This document shows positions 16,367 through 25,917 of a DNA stretch of 64,000 nucleotides, piece by piece. How positions within the stretch are numbered: the stretch's first letter is position 1; each line of letters starts with the position of its first letter. A program made the position numbers and the translations under genes. Source of the DNA: a virus; IMG/VR virus record IMGVR_UViG_3300010371_000029, positions 1-64,000 of that record; one strand, 5' to 3'. The notes beneath the pieces were generated by a model. The model ran no database searches, was not told where the DNA came from, and was given only the letters and a program-made list of their open reading frames with translations.

Positions 16367-17103
16367 GCTACGCTCTTCACTGTGGGGACTGCCTGTCCCT
16401 AATGAAAGATATACCCGACGCTAGCGTCGATATGATTTTATGTGACTTACCCCATGGAACTACAGGGTGTAAATGGGACTGTTTAATACCCTTTCAACCT
16501 TTGTGGTATCAATATCGGCGAATTGTTAAAGATTGCGCAGCAATCGTTCTATTTGGCTCACAACCTTTTACCACTAAATTAATTAATAGTAATATAGACA
16601 TGTTTAAATATGAGTGGATTTGGGAGAAAAGTCGTGTAACGGGTTATTTTGACGTTCAATATCGCCCCATGAAACAACACGAAAACATACTTATATTTGG
16701 AAAGGGAGGGGTTTCCAACTGTTCTAATCCAAGAATGAACTATTTCCCGCAAGGTACTAAAACTTTGACTAAACCCAAAAAGCGCGGCACAAAAAAGATA
16801 GATGCTTGTAGCCGGAGTGGAATTAAAGGGAAAGGCGAACAGACACAGACAAACTTTCCTCTATCTATCATTGGTTTTGATAGTGTTACTAAAACTCTTC
16901 ATCATACAGAAAAGCCGGTTCCTTTATTGGAATATCTTATTAATACTTATACCAAAAAAGGCGATTTAGTCCTAGATAACTGTATGGGGTCCGGTTCCAC
17001 GGGAGAAGCGGCTTTGAAAACTGGGCGACAATTTATAGGTATGGAAAGGGATGAAAAGTATTTTAAGGTGGCTAGTGATAGACTTTCTGCCTTATCGGGC
17101 TAG
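16363..17103 (+). CDS. DNA amino-methyltransferase (N6A/N4C, beta class)
   Basis: HCGDCL...ILCDLPHG (motif IV), HTEKPV, VLDNCMGSGST (motif I). Confidence 0.9.
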   Translation: MSYALHCGDCLSLMKDIPDASVDMILCDLPHGTTGCKWDCLIPFQPLWYQYRRIVKDCAAIVLFGSQPFTTKLINSNIDMFKYEWIWEKSRVTGYFDVQYRPMKQHENILIFGKGGVSNCSNPRMNYFPQGTKTLTKPKKRGTKKIDACSRSGIKGKGEQTQTNFPLSIIGFDSVTKTLHHTEKPVPLLEYLINTYTKKGDLVLDNCMGSGSTGEAALKTGRQFIGMERDEKYFKVASDRLSALSG

Positions 17104-17153
17104 TCCGGTGTATTCCTAATAAGATTACTAATCCCATTAACTGAGTATGTTTT

Positions 17154-17411
17154 ATGCCACATTACAAAGATGGTACAGAAGCTAAGGTGGGCGACTTAGT
17201 TAAAGGTAAGGGGTACAATGTACCACATGAGATTATTGGCAAAGTAGTAAATGTTAGACAGGGGGAAAATTGCACCTTATCTATTGCTTTTGTAGGTATA
17301 TCCACCCCAATTTATGCGGGTGTTAATGATAATTTAGGAACCCCGTTTGCTCGCTGTCATGTAATCGCCGATATTGAATATGGTGACACAAACTGTTTCG
17401 AGAAAATTTAA
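17154..17411 (+). CDS. Hypothetical protein
   Basis: MPHYKDGTEAKVGDLVKG; small beta-rich protein. Confidence 0.7.
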   Translation: MPHYKDGTEAKVGDLVKGKGYNVPHEIIGKVVNVRQGENCTLSIAFVGISTPIYAGVNDNLGTPFARCHVIADIEYGDTNCFEKI

Positions 17412-17423
17412 AGGGAGTTAATT

Positions 17424-17600
17424 ATGAAGAAGTTCATCCTCGCGATTGTTGCACTTTCTCTTATCTCGGGCGTTGCAGACGCCGGTATTTTCCGCCGCTC
17501 GCGTTGTCGTGGCTGTTGTGGTAAAGCCGCTGTTTCTCGCGTCCATCGTGGGCCGGTAGCTCCAAGTCCGTGTGCTAATGGTTGTTGCGGGAGACGCTAA
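17424..17600 (+). CDS. Secreted Cys/Arg-rich peptide (58 aa)
   Basis: Hand translation MKKFILAIVALSLISGVADA|GIFRRSRCRGCCGKAAVSRVHRGPVAPSPCANGCCGRR*. GGGAG RBS; signal peptide with AxA site. Confidence 0.75.
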   Translation: MKKFILAIVALSLISGVADAGIFRRSRCRGCCGKAAVSRVHRGPVAPSPCANGCCGRR

Positions 17601-19747
17601 TTAGTAAATCTCGGGGCATACAAAACGCCCAACCTGCCGATTCAAGTCTATATAAAACTTGGGTTGACGGGGACCAAAAATCTATAAATACGGCTTGTGC
17701 GGCTCTGAATAATCCTACTACAGAGCACGCTATCTATCATTCCCAAGCTGCTACGTATTATCGGAACATTGAGCCGAATACGTCTGTTCGCACCGGGTTT
17801 AACCGGGAATCTTATGAGCGGTTTCGTATGGGAGAGGCAATGCCGTGGCGAGACCACGACATTATTCTTTCCTGTATGTCAGCATATCATAAAACGGGTA
17901 TTGTTCGTAATATTATAGATTTAATGGGCGATTTTGCTTGTCAAGGAATTACCTTAGTTCACACTGACCCTAAAATTCAAAATTTCTATAGGAATTGGTT
18001 TAAAAAGGTTAATGGGCCAGAACGCTCAGAACGTTTCTTAAACTTATTTTATCGTTGTGGAAATGTAATTGTAAGACGTGGAACCGCTACTTTAAACGTA
18101 GGTGATAAGCGCAAAATGCGTGCGCGGGCGGACGTTGTAACTAATCTTGAAGACGTTAATCAAATAGACGTTCCTAAAGAATATGTTGTACCGTGGACAT
18201 ATACTTTCTTTAACCCTTTGAATGTTGAAATGTTAGGGGGAGAGTTGGCCGCATTTGTGGGCGCACGCCTAATGGGTCTTAAAATACCCCCTGCTCTTTG
18301 TAACCTAATTAACCGGCCCAAACCAGAGTTCAAATATTTAATTGATAAATTACCAAAAGATATTATTGAAGCGGTTAAAGCCCCCACTAAAATGGTTATT
18401 CTTCCTCCCGATAGAACCTTCGTTTACTTTTATAAGAAGGATGATTGGGAAATATGGGCGAAACCAATGGTCTTTTCTGTTTTGGAGGACCTTATTCTTT
18501 ATGAGAAGATGAAACTGGCTGATTTAACGGCTTTGGATGGGGTTATTTCCAATGTGCGAATTTGGAAACTTGGGGATTTAGAACATAAGCTTATGCCAAC
18601 TTATGCTGCTATTGATAAATTATCAGGTATTTTGGCCAATAATGTGGGTGGCGGCACTATTGATATTATTTGGGGTCCTGAATTAAGTTTTGAACAACAT
18701 ATCCCTGACGTATCCAAAGTTCTCGGGTCTGAAAAATACGTTTCGGTTTTAAATGCTATCAAAGACGGGCTAGGAATTCCATCTACCTTAACGGGCGGTA
18801 AGGATTCTCTCAACGCAGCCTTCTTTGGACTGAAAACTTTAATTGAACGATTGGAATATGGGAGAAAGGCTCTAAATACATTCTGGGAACAAGAGGTAAA
18901 AGAAGTTCAACGAATAATGGGTTTTAAAGACCCACCCACTATTCAATACTCTCAAATGTCATTCTCAGATGAAGCCGCCGAGAAGGCCCTCCTTATTCAA
19001 CTTGCCGATAGAAACCTACTAAGTTGGGAAACTCTTACAGATAGATTTGGGGAAGACCCAGTTATTGAGGAGGCCCGGTTAATTAATGAGAAAAAGATGC
19101 GTAAACAGGGCGGACTTCCAAATAAAGGCGGTCCTTTTGATAGCCCCCTTATGGATGAAGAAAATGAACAAAGATTAAAGGAAATTGCTCTTCAAAATGG
19201 ACTAGTTAACCCCTCTGAGGTTGGATTAAAATTAGATGAAAACACTGAGGGGCCTAGACCGGTCGAGTTAGAACAAAAGGGAACTACTGATAAACCGGTT
19301 GCGCCTTCAGGAAAGAACGGGCGACCTAAATTTAAAAAAGACACCAAACCTAGGGATAAACGCACACACAAGAAAGATATTAGTAAGGCGGCCCTTGATA
19401 CTTTTGTTTGGACTAGAGACACCCAAGAGTTGGTCAGCGCGGCCATAACGCCCAAATATTTGGAAATGGTAGAAAAGAGGAATGTTCGGTCTCTTACAGA
19501 AAAAGAATTTGCCGACCTTGAATTGGTTAAGTTTAATGTTCTTTCTAACTTAGAACCCTATATTAGACCTACCGAAACAGATATTTTTACCGCCGTAGCT
19601 AAACCGGCCCAGCCGGAAATTACCAAATTATTAGAAGAAGTGTATTTAGATTTTAAGGACAATAAGGGCCAAGAGCCCACCGCCGATGAAAATAGAACTT
19701 TAATGGCTCTCGCCCTGACAATGTACCTTTCGGGAGATGACGACTAA
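17600..19747 (+). CDS. Portal protein
   Basis: AYHKTGIVRNIIDLMGDFA is typical of portal N-termini; lies between terminase and protease/capsid. Start uncertain (ATT 17600 or TTG 17582/17585). Confidence 0.8.
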   Translation: MSKSRGIQNAQPADSSLYKTWVDGDQKSINTACAALNNPTTEHAIYHSQAATYYRNIEPNTSVRTGFNRESYERFRMGEAMPWRDHDIILSCMSAYHKTGIVRNIIDLMGDFACQGITLVHTDPKIQNFYRNWFKKVNGPERSERFLNLFYRCGNVIVRRGTATLNVGDKRKMRARADVVTNLEDVNQIDVPKEYVVPWTYTFFNPLNVEMLGGELAAFVGARLMGLKIPPALCNLINRPKPEFKYLIDKLPKDIIEAVKAPTKMVILPPDRTFVYFYKKDDWEIWAKPMVFSVLEDLILYEKMKLADLTALDGVISNVRIWKLGDLEHKLMPTYAAIDKLSGILANNVGGGTIDIIWGPELSFEQHIPDVSKVLGSEKYVSVLNAIKDGLGIPSTLTGGKDSLNAAFFGLKTLIERLEYGRKALNTFWEQEVKEVQRIMGFKDPPTIQYSQMSFSDEAAEKALLIQLADRNLLSWETLTDRFGEDPVIEEARLINEKKMRKQGGLPNKGGPFDSPLMDEENEQRLKEIALQNGLVNPSEVGLKLDENTEGPRPVELEQKGTTDKPVAPSGKNGRPKFKKDTKPRDKRTHKKDISKAALDTFVWTRDTQELVSAAITPKYLEMVEKRNVRSLTEKEFADLELVKFNVLSNLEPYIRPTETDIFTAVAKPAQPEITKLLEEVYLDFKDNKGQEPTADENRTLMALALTMYLSGDDD

Positions 19748-20132
19748 AATGGCTAAAATTGTAATAAATACAGACACGCAAAATATGGGAATTGAAGTAG
19801 ACGTGGACGGCCAAAAGATTAATGCCTCACACGTACACATTTCCTCTTACCTTTATACTACTTATGATGGCCAATCGCGTAAGTCTTATTGTATTTGTAT
19901 AACAGAACCAGATAAATTGTCCGACATGACCAAGGTAACAACTTATGGCTTTTCGGACGACGACGAATACGAAGAAATGGAACTTGCCGAAGCTAAGTTT
20001 ATTAAGTCTAAAGACTTGCCTGAATTTACTGAGGCTTTCCTTAAAGGACAGGTCAAACCAAAACTCAAGTTCCAAGGCCCCAAACCGGCCCGACTTGCCG
20101 ACGTTGTAAAAAATTCTTTCAAAAAACGCTAA
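19737..20132 (+). CDS. Hypothetical head-module protein
   Basis: 131-aa ORF with GGGAG RBS, overlapping the portal end. Confidence 0.7.
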   Translation: MTTKMAKIVINTDTQNMGIEVDVDGQKINASHVHISSYLYTTYDGQSRKSYCICITEPDKLSDMTKVTTYGFSDDDEYEEMELAEAKFIKSKDLPEFTEAFLKGQVKPKLKFQGPKPARLADVVKNSFKKR

Positions 20133-20169
20133 AAATTTCCCCCCTTAGATTACGGGGTGTATTTAATAC

Positions 20170-21579
20170 ATGATTCCAGTTTTCCAGTTAGAAAAAGATG
20201 CGGGCCTTGAACAAGCCATTTTGGGCAGTCAATCACTCGCATTTGTAACTGAAATTCAAAAGAACGAAGTTGTTGATAAAGTAGAAATTGCTTTAGCGGA
20301 CGTTCCTGTTGAAACTATACAGGGTGTTGATAACGGCCTTTTTGTTATTAATTCTATCCTAGCTAGTGTAGGTTGGAATGGTAACGACGACGTGTTCTCA
20401 AAAGAGGAAACGTGGGCTGCTCGGCAAACGCCGGTAAACAAACCTTTCAACTTTAGACACAACGAAAAAGAAATAATTGGACATACAATCTCAAGTGCCG
20501 CTTTTGATGTTAAAGGGGCCAAGATTGTTAAAGATGAAGATTTGCCCGACGATTTTAATATTGTTAACGCCGATGTAATTTACACTACTTGGCGAGACAA
20601 AGAATATCAAAAGAAGATTGAAACTACCATTGCTGAAATCAAAGATGGTAAGTGGTTTGTTTCAATGGAAGCGTGGTTGAATGGGTTTGACTATGCCCTA
20701 GTCGCCCCAGATGGTAAAAATCATATATTGGCCCGAACGGAAGAAACGGCGTTTTTAACTAAACACCTCCGGGCTTATGGTGGTACAGGGAAGTATCAAG
20801 ATTATAGAGTTGGTCGGTTAATGAGAAATTTGGCTTTTGCGGCCAAGGGTTTGGTTGAAGAGCCGGCCAATAAACGTAGCATCATTTTTGCAGAGTTAAA
20901 AAGTTTTACACAAGCTAATTTGCTTAAACAGTTTCCGCAAGAAACAATCGTAATAGCCACACAGGGAGAAGAATTAATGTCGGCTGAACTAGAGAAGAAA
21001 ATTTCGGGTCTTGAGGTTGACCTTAATAAGTCTCACGAAACCATTAAGACCCATGAGACAAGTATCGCCTCTCTTAAGGGCGATAAGGAAAAGCTAGAAG
21101 CCGCTGTGGCTGAAGAGAAAAAGAAGGTGTCCGACCTTGAAGCCACTATCGCTAAGTTGACCGAAGAGAAGGCTGCCAACGAAAAGAAGCTCAGCGAAGT
21201 TACAACCGCTCAGCTTGGTTTACAAAAGCTTTATGATGAGGTTAACGCTAATCTTAAGGGTCTTCAGGTCGAAGCCATTATTAGCTCTCGCGTAACTCAG
21301 CTTTCCGAGTTCACTAAGGTAGAAGACGACGAAAAGAAGAAGTTAGGCGATATGAGCGAAGAGACTTTTGCCATGTTGCTCTCGGTTGCTAAGAAGGGCA
21401 AGGAAGCTGCTCAAGCTAGTCAAGGCCAAGTAGTTCCTACCCAGGCCGAACTTGACGCCGCTAAGGTTAAAGAAGAGGCCGCACTTGCTGCTCAGAATCC
21501 TACCGGTGAAGAGACGCGGGCTAAGTTGTCCGAGTTTCTAATGAACAAAGGTTTCGCCCCCAAAATTAGTTCCAAGTAA
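20170..21579 (+). CDS. Prohead protease with C-terminal coiled-coil scaffold
   Basis: KPFNFRH...IIGH and VSME motifs, then a long E/K/A coiled coil; possible internal start at GGGAG...ATG (MSAELEK). Confidence 0.75.
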   Translation: MIPVFQLEKDAGLEQAILGSQSLAFVTEIQKNEVVDKVEIALADVPVETIQGVDNGLFVINSILASVGWNGNDDVFSKEETWAARQTPVNKPFNFRHNEKEIIGHTISSAAFDVKGAKIVKDEDLPDDFNIVNADVIYTTWRDKEYQKKIETTIAEIKDGKWFVSMEAWLNGFDYALVAPDGKNHILARTEETAFLTKHLRAYGGTGKYQDYRVGRLMRNLAFAAKGLVEEPANKRSIIFAELKSFTQANLLKQFPQETIVIATQGEELMSAELEKKISGLEVDLNKSHETIKTHETSIASLKGDKEKLEAAVAEEKKKVSDLEATIAKLTEEKAANEKKLSEVTTAQLGLQKLYDEVNANLKGLQVEAIISSRVTQLSEFTKVEDDEKKKLGDMSEETFAMLLSVAKKGKEAAQASQGQVVPTQAELDAAKVKEEAALAAQNPTGEETRAKLSEFLMNKGFAPKISSK

Positions 21580-21595
21580 AAAGAGGTAATGAATA

Positions 21596-22075
21596 ATGGC
21601 TCTGCTTCCCGACCGTCAGGTTATTTCGACTGAACTTGGTTTCTTCATGAATCAAGTTGCTGAACGCGGTGGTATTGCTACGTTGCTTACTGGCGCGTCT
21701 GGTGTTGCTCTCGATAATTCTAATGCTGTTTGCCAATATGCCGCTAATCCTTCGGGTTTGGCTCCTTTGGGTCTGCTTTTGGAAGATATGGTTAATCTTG
21801 ACCTTACCAAGCAGATTCCAAATTTTTATAAGGACCAAATGCAGATTGGTAGCAAGGTTGCCCTTATGACTCGCGGTTTTGTTACCACGAATCTCATTAC
21901 CGGCACCCCGGCTGCTGGTGGCCCCGCTTACCTTGGTGCTAGTGGTTATTTGACGCCGACTCGCAGTTCAAATGGCGGTACAGCCGCTACGCCCATCGTT
22001 GGTCGTTTCTGGACCAGCCTTGACGAAAACGGTTATGCCCGCGTTGAAGTTAATATTCCGATGACCCAGAACTAA
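21596..22075 (+). CDS. Head decoration / cement protein
   Basis: Directly upstream of the capsid gene; G.V.T..I.G.P.AG..AYL...G.L...VG.F pattern. Confidence 0.7.
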   Translation: MALLPDRQVISTELGFFMNQVAERGGIATLLTGASGVALDNSNAVCQYAANPSGLAPLGLLLEDMVNLDLTKQIPNFYKDQMQIGSKVALMTRGFVTTNLITGTPAAGGPAYLGASGYLTPTRSSNGGTAATPIVGRFWTSLDENGYARVEVNIPMTQN

Positions 22076-22090
22076 TGTGGAGTAAAATAA

Positions 22091-23095
22091 ATGCCTCGTA
22101 ACAGTTTCCAGTCTTCGCCTGAGTTGGACGAAATTCTTCGCCGTAGCGGTAATCAGGCTAACCGCGCCGATGCTCTTGCGGCTACCCGCGAATTGGCGTT
22201 GGCTTTGCAGGAACCTCTCCGAAAGGGCGTTCTCGCTGGTGACATTCTCGACGGCATTTATGAAACCGTTGAGCTTGCCCCAGGTGCTGTTCCCCAATTT
22301 CCTTTAGACCTTTTGGCTCCGGGTACTGAACGCAACTTTGTTGCTTATACCGTCCCCAACCAAGGTAGAATTCCTGAACGTCACGTTGAAGCTGATTACG
22401 TGATGATTCCCACTTACGAAATCGCGGCTGCCATTGACTGGTTGCTCCGATTTGCCCGTGACGCCCGTTGGGACGTTGTGGGTCGGGCTATGGAAGTTCT
22501 CCAAGGTTCATTTGTTAAGAAGATGAACGATGACGGTTGGCACACCATTCTCGCTGCTGGTGTTGACCGTAATATTTTGGTATATGATTCGGATGCTAAT
22601 GCCGGTCAGTTTACCAAACGTCTTGTGAGTCTTATGAAGACGGTTATGCGTCGAAACGGTGGTGGTAATAGTACCAGTTTGAATCGTGGTATTTTGACGG
22701 ATTTGTATCTAAGCCCCGAATGCATCGAAGATGTCCGCAACTGGGGGGTGGATTTGATAGATGAGTTCACCAGACGGGAGATATATGTTAATGAAGGTGC
22801 AGTCACTCGTATTTTCCAAGTCAATTTGCATGAGATTGATGAACTTGGACAAAGCCAAGAATATGAGAATTTCTTCTTGAATCAACTTTCTGGCTCTATT
22901 CAAGGTTCGGACGTTGAATTGTTGGTTGGGTTGGATTTGCGAAATACCGACTCATTCATCAGTCCAGTCAGGCAGCCCGTGGAGATAGTAGAAGACGATA
23001 GTTTGCATCGTCAACGCCGGAGTGGGCTTTACGGTTCGGCGGAATTGGGCTTTGCGGCCCTTGATAATCGTCGAGTTATTCTTGGTTCTTGCTAA
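22091..23095 (+). CDS. Major capsid protein (HK97 fold)
   Basis: Position, 334-aa size, highly-expressed codon bias, followed by a strong terminator. Confidence 0.85.
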   Translation: MPRNSFQSSPELDEILRRSGNQANRADALAATRELALALQEPLRKGVLAGDILDGIYETVELAPGAVPQFPLDLLAPGTERNFVAYTVPNQGRIPERHVEADYVMIPTYEIAAAIDWLLRFARDARWDVVGRAMEVLQGSFVKKMNDDGWHTILAAGVDRNILVYDSDANAGQFTKRLVSLMKTVMRRNGGGNSTSLNRGILTDLYLSPECIEDVRNWGVDLIDEFTRREIYVNEGAVTRIFQVNLHEIDELGQSQEYENFFLNQLSGSIQGSDVELLVGLDLRNTDSFISPVRQPVEIVEDDSLHRQRRSGLYGSAELGFAALDNRRVILGSC

Positions 23096-23123
23096 TAGTT
23101 AAATAAAAGTTAAAGTTAAATAT

Positions 23124-23163
23124 AAGAAGCCGTCCAGATTTTTCTGGACGGCTTCTTTGTTTT
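23124..23163 (+). terminator. Rho-independent terminator
   Basis: aagaagccgtccaga-tttt-tctggacggcttctt followed by a T-rich tail. Confidence 0.9.
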
Positions 23164-23166
23164 GGG

Positions 23167-23194
23167 TTGATAATTTTAGGATACAGACTATAAT
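23167..23194 (+). promoter_or_regulatory. Sigma70-like promoter for the homing endonuclease
   Basis: TTGATA, 16-nt spacer, TATAAT. Confidence 0.55.
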
Positions 23195-23233
23195 ATAACA
23201 GATTTGATAATTTTCACTTATGGGAGCATCAAG

Positions 23234-24358
23234 ATGGGAAGACCAATGGAAAACCTTATAGGCCAAGAGTTTACACGATGGGAAGTTTTGCGTTTAGATA
23301 AAATAGAAAATGGAATTGTTTATTGGTGGTGTAGGTGTAATTGTCCAAAGAAAACGGAACGTTCTATTCCTGCTGGTAGACTAAAAAATCAAGGAAGTAA
23401 AAGTTGTGGATGTTTAATTAAAGAAACGGCAACAAAGCATGGACATCATGATTTAAGAGAATATGCTATTTGGAATTCGATGAAACAAAAATGTTTAAAT
23501 CCTAAAAATAAACAATTTAAAGATTTTGGGGCCAAAGGAATAACAATTTGTAATAGTTGGATTGATTTTTCTAATTTTTATCAAGATATTGGAAATATAG
23601 AAATTGGTTTAAATTTAGTATTAAAAGATGGAGCAAATGTATTTAATAAAGACAATATTGAATTAATTACCAATAAAGAACATAGTAATAGAAAAAAGTC
23701 TAATAAACTAATTACATATGACGGTCGCTCATTATCTATAGCGGAATGGTCTAGAATTACAGGTATAAGTCAAGGTACTTTACGAGCACGTATTTTTAAA
23801 GAGGGTTGGTCAATAGAAAAGGCATTAAATGAACCAGTCAAAATATTAAGAAATATTAATGATTATAACAAAACTCTAGTTCCGGCTTCAGAAGAAGAAA
23901 AAGATAAAATTTTAGAAAAAGGATTAAAAATGTATGAAAAAACTGGAGATATTGAAGTATTAGTAGATAATGAAGCTAGAAATAAGTATAGAGAACTAAG
24001 TAAAGAATGGAAAATGAAAAATAGATATTTAACAAAGGAATATTTGTCTAGAATGATTAGACGTTATGCAAATGTGATTTCTAAATCTAAACAAAAGGGT
24101 ATAAATAATTATTTAACTTTTGAAGAATTTTGTGACCTTATATCAATTGGAAAATGTCATTATTGTTTTCAACCTCTCAATCCAACTGGAAGCGGAATTG
24201 ACCGAAAAGATAGTTATCAAGGTTATTCAATAGATAACTGTGTACCGTGTTGCGCACGTTGTAATAGTGCTTTCGGCAGAAACTTTACCTATGAGGAAAA
24301 GCTCGTTTTAGCAGAAACTATAAGAAAGATTGATGAAAGCCGGGAAATTCCGGCCTAG
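23234..24358 (+). CDS. HNH homing endonuclease, two modules
   Basis: GQEFTRW...WCRCNC...KSCGC...YAIWNSMKQKC; C-terminal CHYC...GIDRKDS..GYSIDNCVPCC..CN. GGGAG RBS before ATG at 23234. Confidence 0.8.
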   Translation: MGRPMENLIGQEFTRWEVLRLDKIENGIVYWWCRCNCPKKTERSIPAGRLKNQGSKSCGCLIKETATKHGHHDLREYAIWNSMKQKCLNPKNKQFKDFGAKGITICNSWIDFSNFYQDIGNIEIGLNLVLKDGANVFNKDNIELITNKEHSNRKKSNKLITYDGRSLSIAEWSRITGISQGTLRARIFKEGWSIEKALNEPVKILRNINDYNKTLVPASEEEKDKILEKGLKMYEKTGDIEVLVDNEARNKYRELSKEWKMKNRYLTKEYLSRMIRRYANVISKSKQKGINNYLTFEEFCDLISIGKCHYCFQPLNPTGSGIDRKDSYQGYSIDNCVPCCARCNSAFGRNFTYEEKLVLAETIRKIDESREIPA

Positions 24359-24385
24359 AATAATATTATATAATTTTTCTTAACT

Positions 24386-24410
24386 AGGGCTCCTCCGGGA
24401 GCCCTTTTTC
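24386..24410 (+). terminator. Rho-independent terminator
   Basis: agggctcc-tccg-ggagccct followed by TTTT. Confidence 0.85.
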
Positions 24411-24483
24411 ATTTTATAGCGGCGATTGCTGCTTTGGTGTATAAAGCCCCTAGTGGGCTCTCTTTTTTACCTATGGTTTTTCT

Positions 24484-25917
24484 ATGCCCTCAATTATACA
24501 AGTTCTCCAAACTAACGGTTCTTCCGGTCAGGTCCTAGTTTCCAATGGAGCGGGCGGATTTACCACTCCCCTTTCAGTTGGAGCTAGTGCTAATGATTTA
24601 ATTCAGGCGGACGGTTCGGGCCTATTAGACGCGGGACAACTCCCTAGTGGGATAACCTATTCGGGCGGCACTTTTAGGATTGACACTACGGATAATTATG
24701 GTGGGTTTCATATCGTAGGGGCCTCTAGCGGGGAAGCTTCACTCTCTCTCCAGCCCTCCAATGTTGATGATGGTGCAGCGGGCCAGTGGATTCTTTATAC
24801 TAATGGTTCAAATTTAAATAATCAGAATGACTTTGCGTTTTATTCATCCGAACTTGGGTCGGCTGTTTTTGTATTACAAAGTTCTACGGGATTTTTAGGA
24901 GTTGGGACAAATAATCCACACTTCCACGTAGATATTAATGGTAATTTACAATCTACCGTTAGTTCTAATCATCACATTGTTACTGGAAATTCTACCAACG
25001 TTAATGGAGATTTCTATTTAAGTCTTGGTTTTTCTGGAGATGTTGTCTCAATTTATGGGGTTCAGCAGGGAACAGGCTCTATTCCTATTTCTTTTAGTTC
25101 TAACGTACTTTTGGGAACTACCACAGATAATTCTACGGGGGTTTTACAGGCTGCTGGGGATATTTCCTTAACTGGAACACTTTCAGCCGGTACTCTTACC
25201 GGGAACGGTGCGGCCATAACTTCTCTAGATGCTGGTCATGTTACCGCTGGAGTTTTAAGTGCGTCTCACGGTGGGGCTGGTTCTGTTTCGGGATTGTTAA
25301 AGGCTAACGGTTCGGGTGTCATAAGTGCTGCTACCGTAGGTAGCGATTATGCTGCCGCAACAAACGGTAGTTCGGGACAGATTCTTGTCTCAAATGGTTC
25401 TGGCGGTTACGGGACTGCTCTGACTGTAGGAGCTACTGGCTCTGATATTGTTCAACTTACTTCAGGAGCCCTTCCTGCTGTTAGCGGCGCTAATTTAACT
25501 AGTATTTCCCATACTCAAATTTCCGGTTTGGCTAATTCGGCCACTACTGATACTACTAACGCTTCCAATATAACATCAGGTACTTTACCAGTCCAACAGG
25601 GCGGTACAGGCACTTTAACTACCGATACTGACGGTTCTACTATAACTTTTGATATGTCTGTTAATAATGTGCATAATGTTGTTTTAGGGGGAAGCAGGAC
25701 CTTAGCCGTCTCAAATGTTTATAACGGTCAGAGGTTTATGCTTCGGCTTACGCAAGATAGCGGAGGTTCACACACAGTAACATGGTTTACTACGATTAAA
25801 TGGGCTGGTGGTTCGCCCCCTACTCTTACAACTACTGGAAGTAAGGCCGATTTATTTGGATTTTTATGTACCGGAACCGGGACTTATGATGGGTTTGTCT
25901 GCGGACAAAATATATAA
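24484..25917 (+). CDS. Fibre-like virion protein
   Basis: G/S/T-rich; TNGSSGQ(V/I)LVSNG occurs twice; GTLPVQQGGTG; C-terminal LRLTQD..G..TVTW...IKWAGG..P domain. Confidence 0.7.
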   Translation: MPSIIQVLQTNGSSGQVLVSNGAGGFTTPLSVGASANDLIQADGSGLLDAGQLPSGITYSGGTFRIDTTDNYGGFHIVGASSGEASLSLQPSNVDDGAAGQWILYTNGSNLNNQNDFAFYSSELGSAVFVLQSSTGFLGVGTNNPHFHVDINGNLQSTVSSNHHIVTGNSTNVNGDFYLSLGFSGDVVSIYGVQQGTGSIPISFSSNVLLGTTTDNSTGVLQAAGDISLTGTLSAGTLTGNGAAITSLDAGHVTAGVLSASHGGAGSVSGLLKANGSGVISAATVGSDYAAATNGSSGQILVSNGSGGYGTALTVGATGSDIVQLTSGALPAVSGANLTSISHTQISGLANSATTDTTNASNITSGTLPVQQGGTGTLTTDTDGSTITFDMSVNNVHNVVLGGSRTLAVSNVYNGQRFMLRLTQDSGGSHTVTWFTTIKWAGGSPPTLTTTGSKADLFGFLCTGTGTYDGFVCGQNI

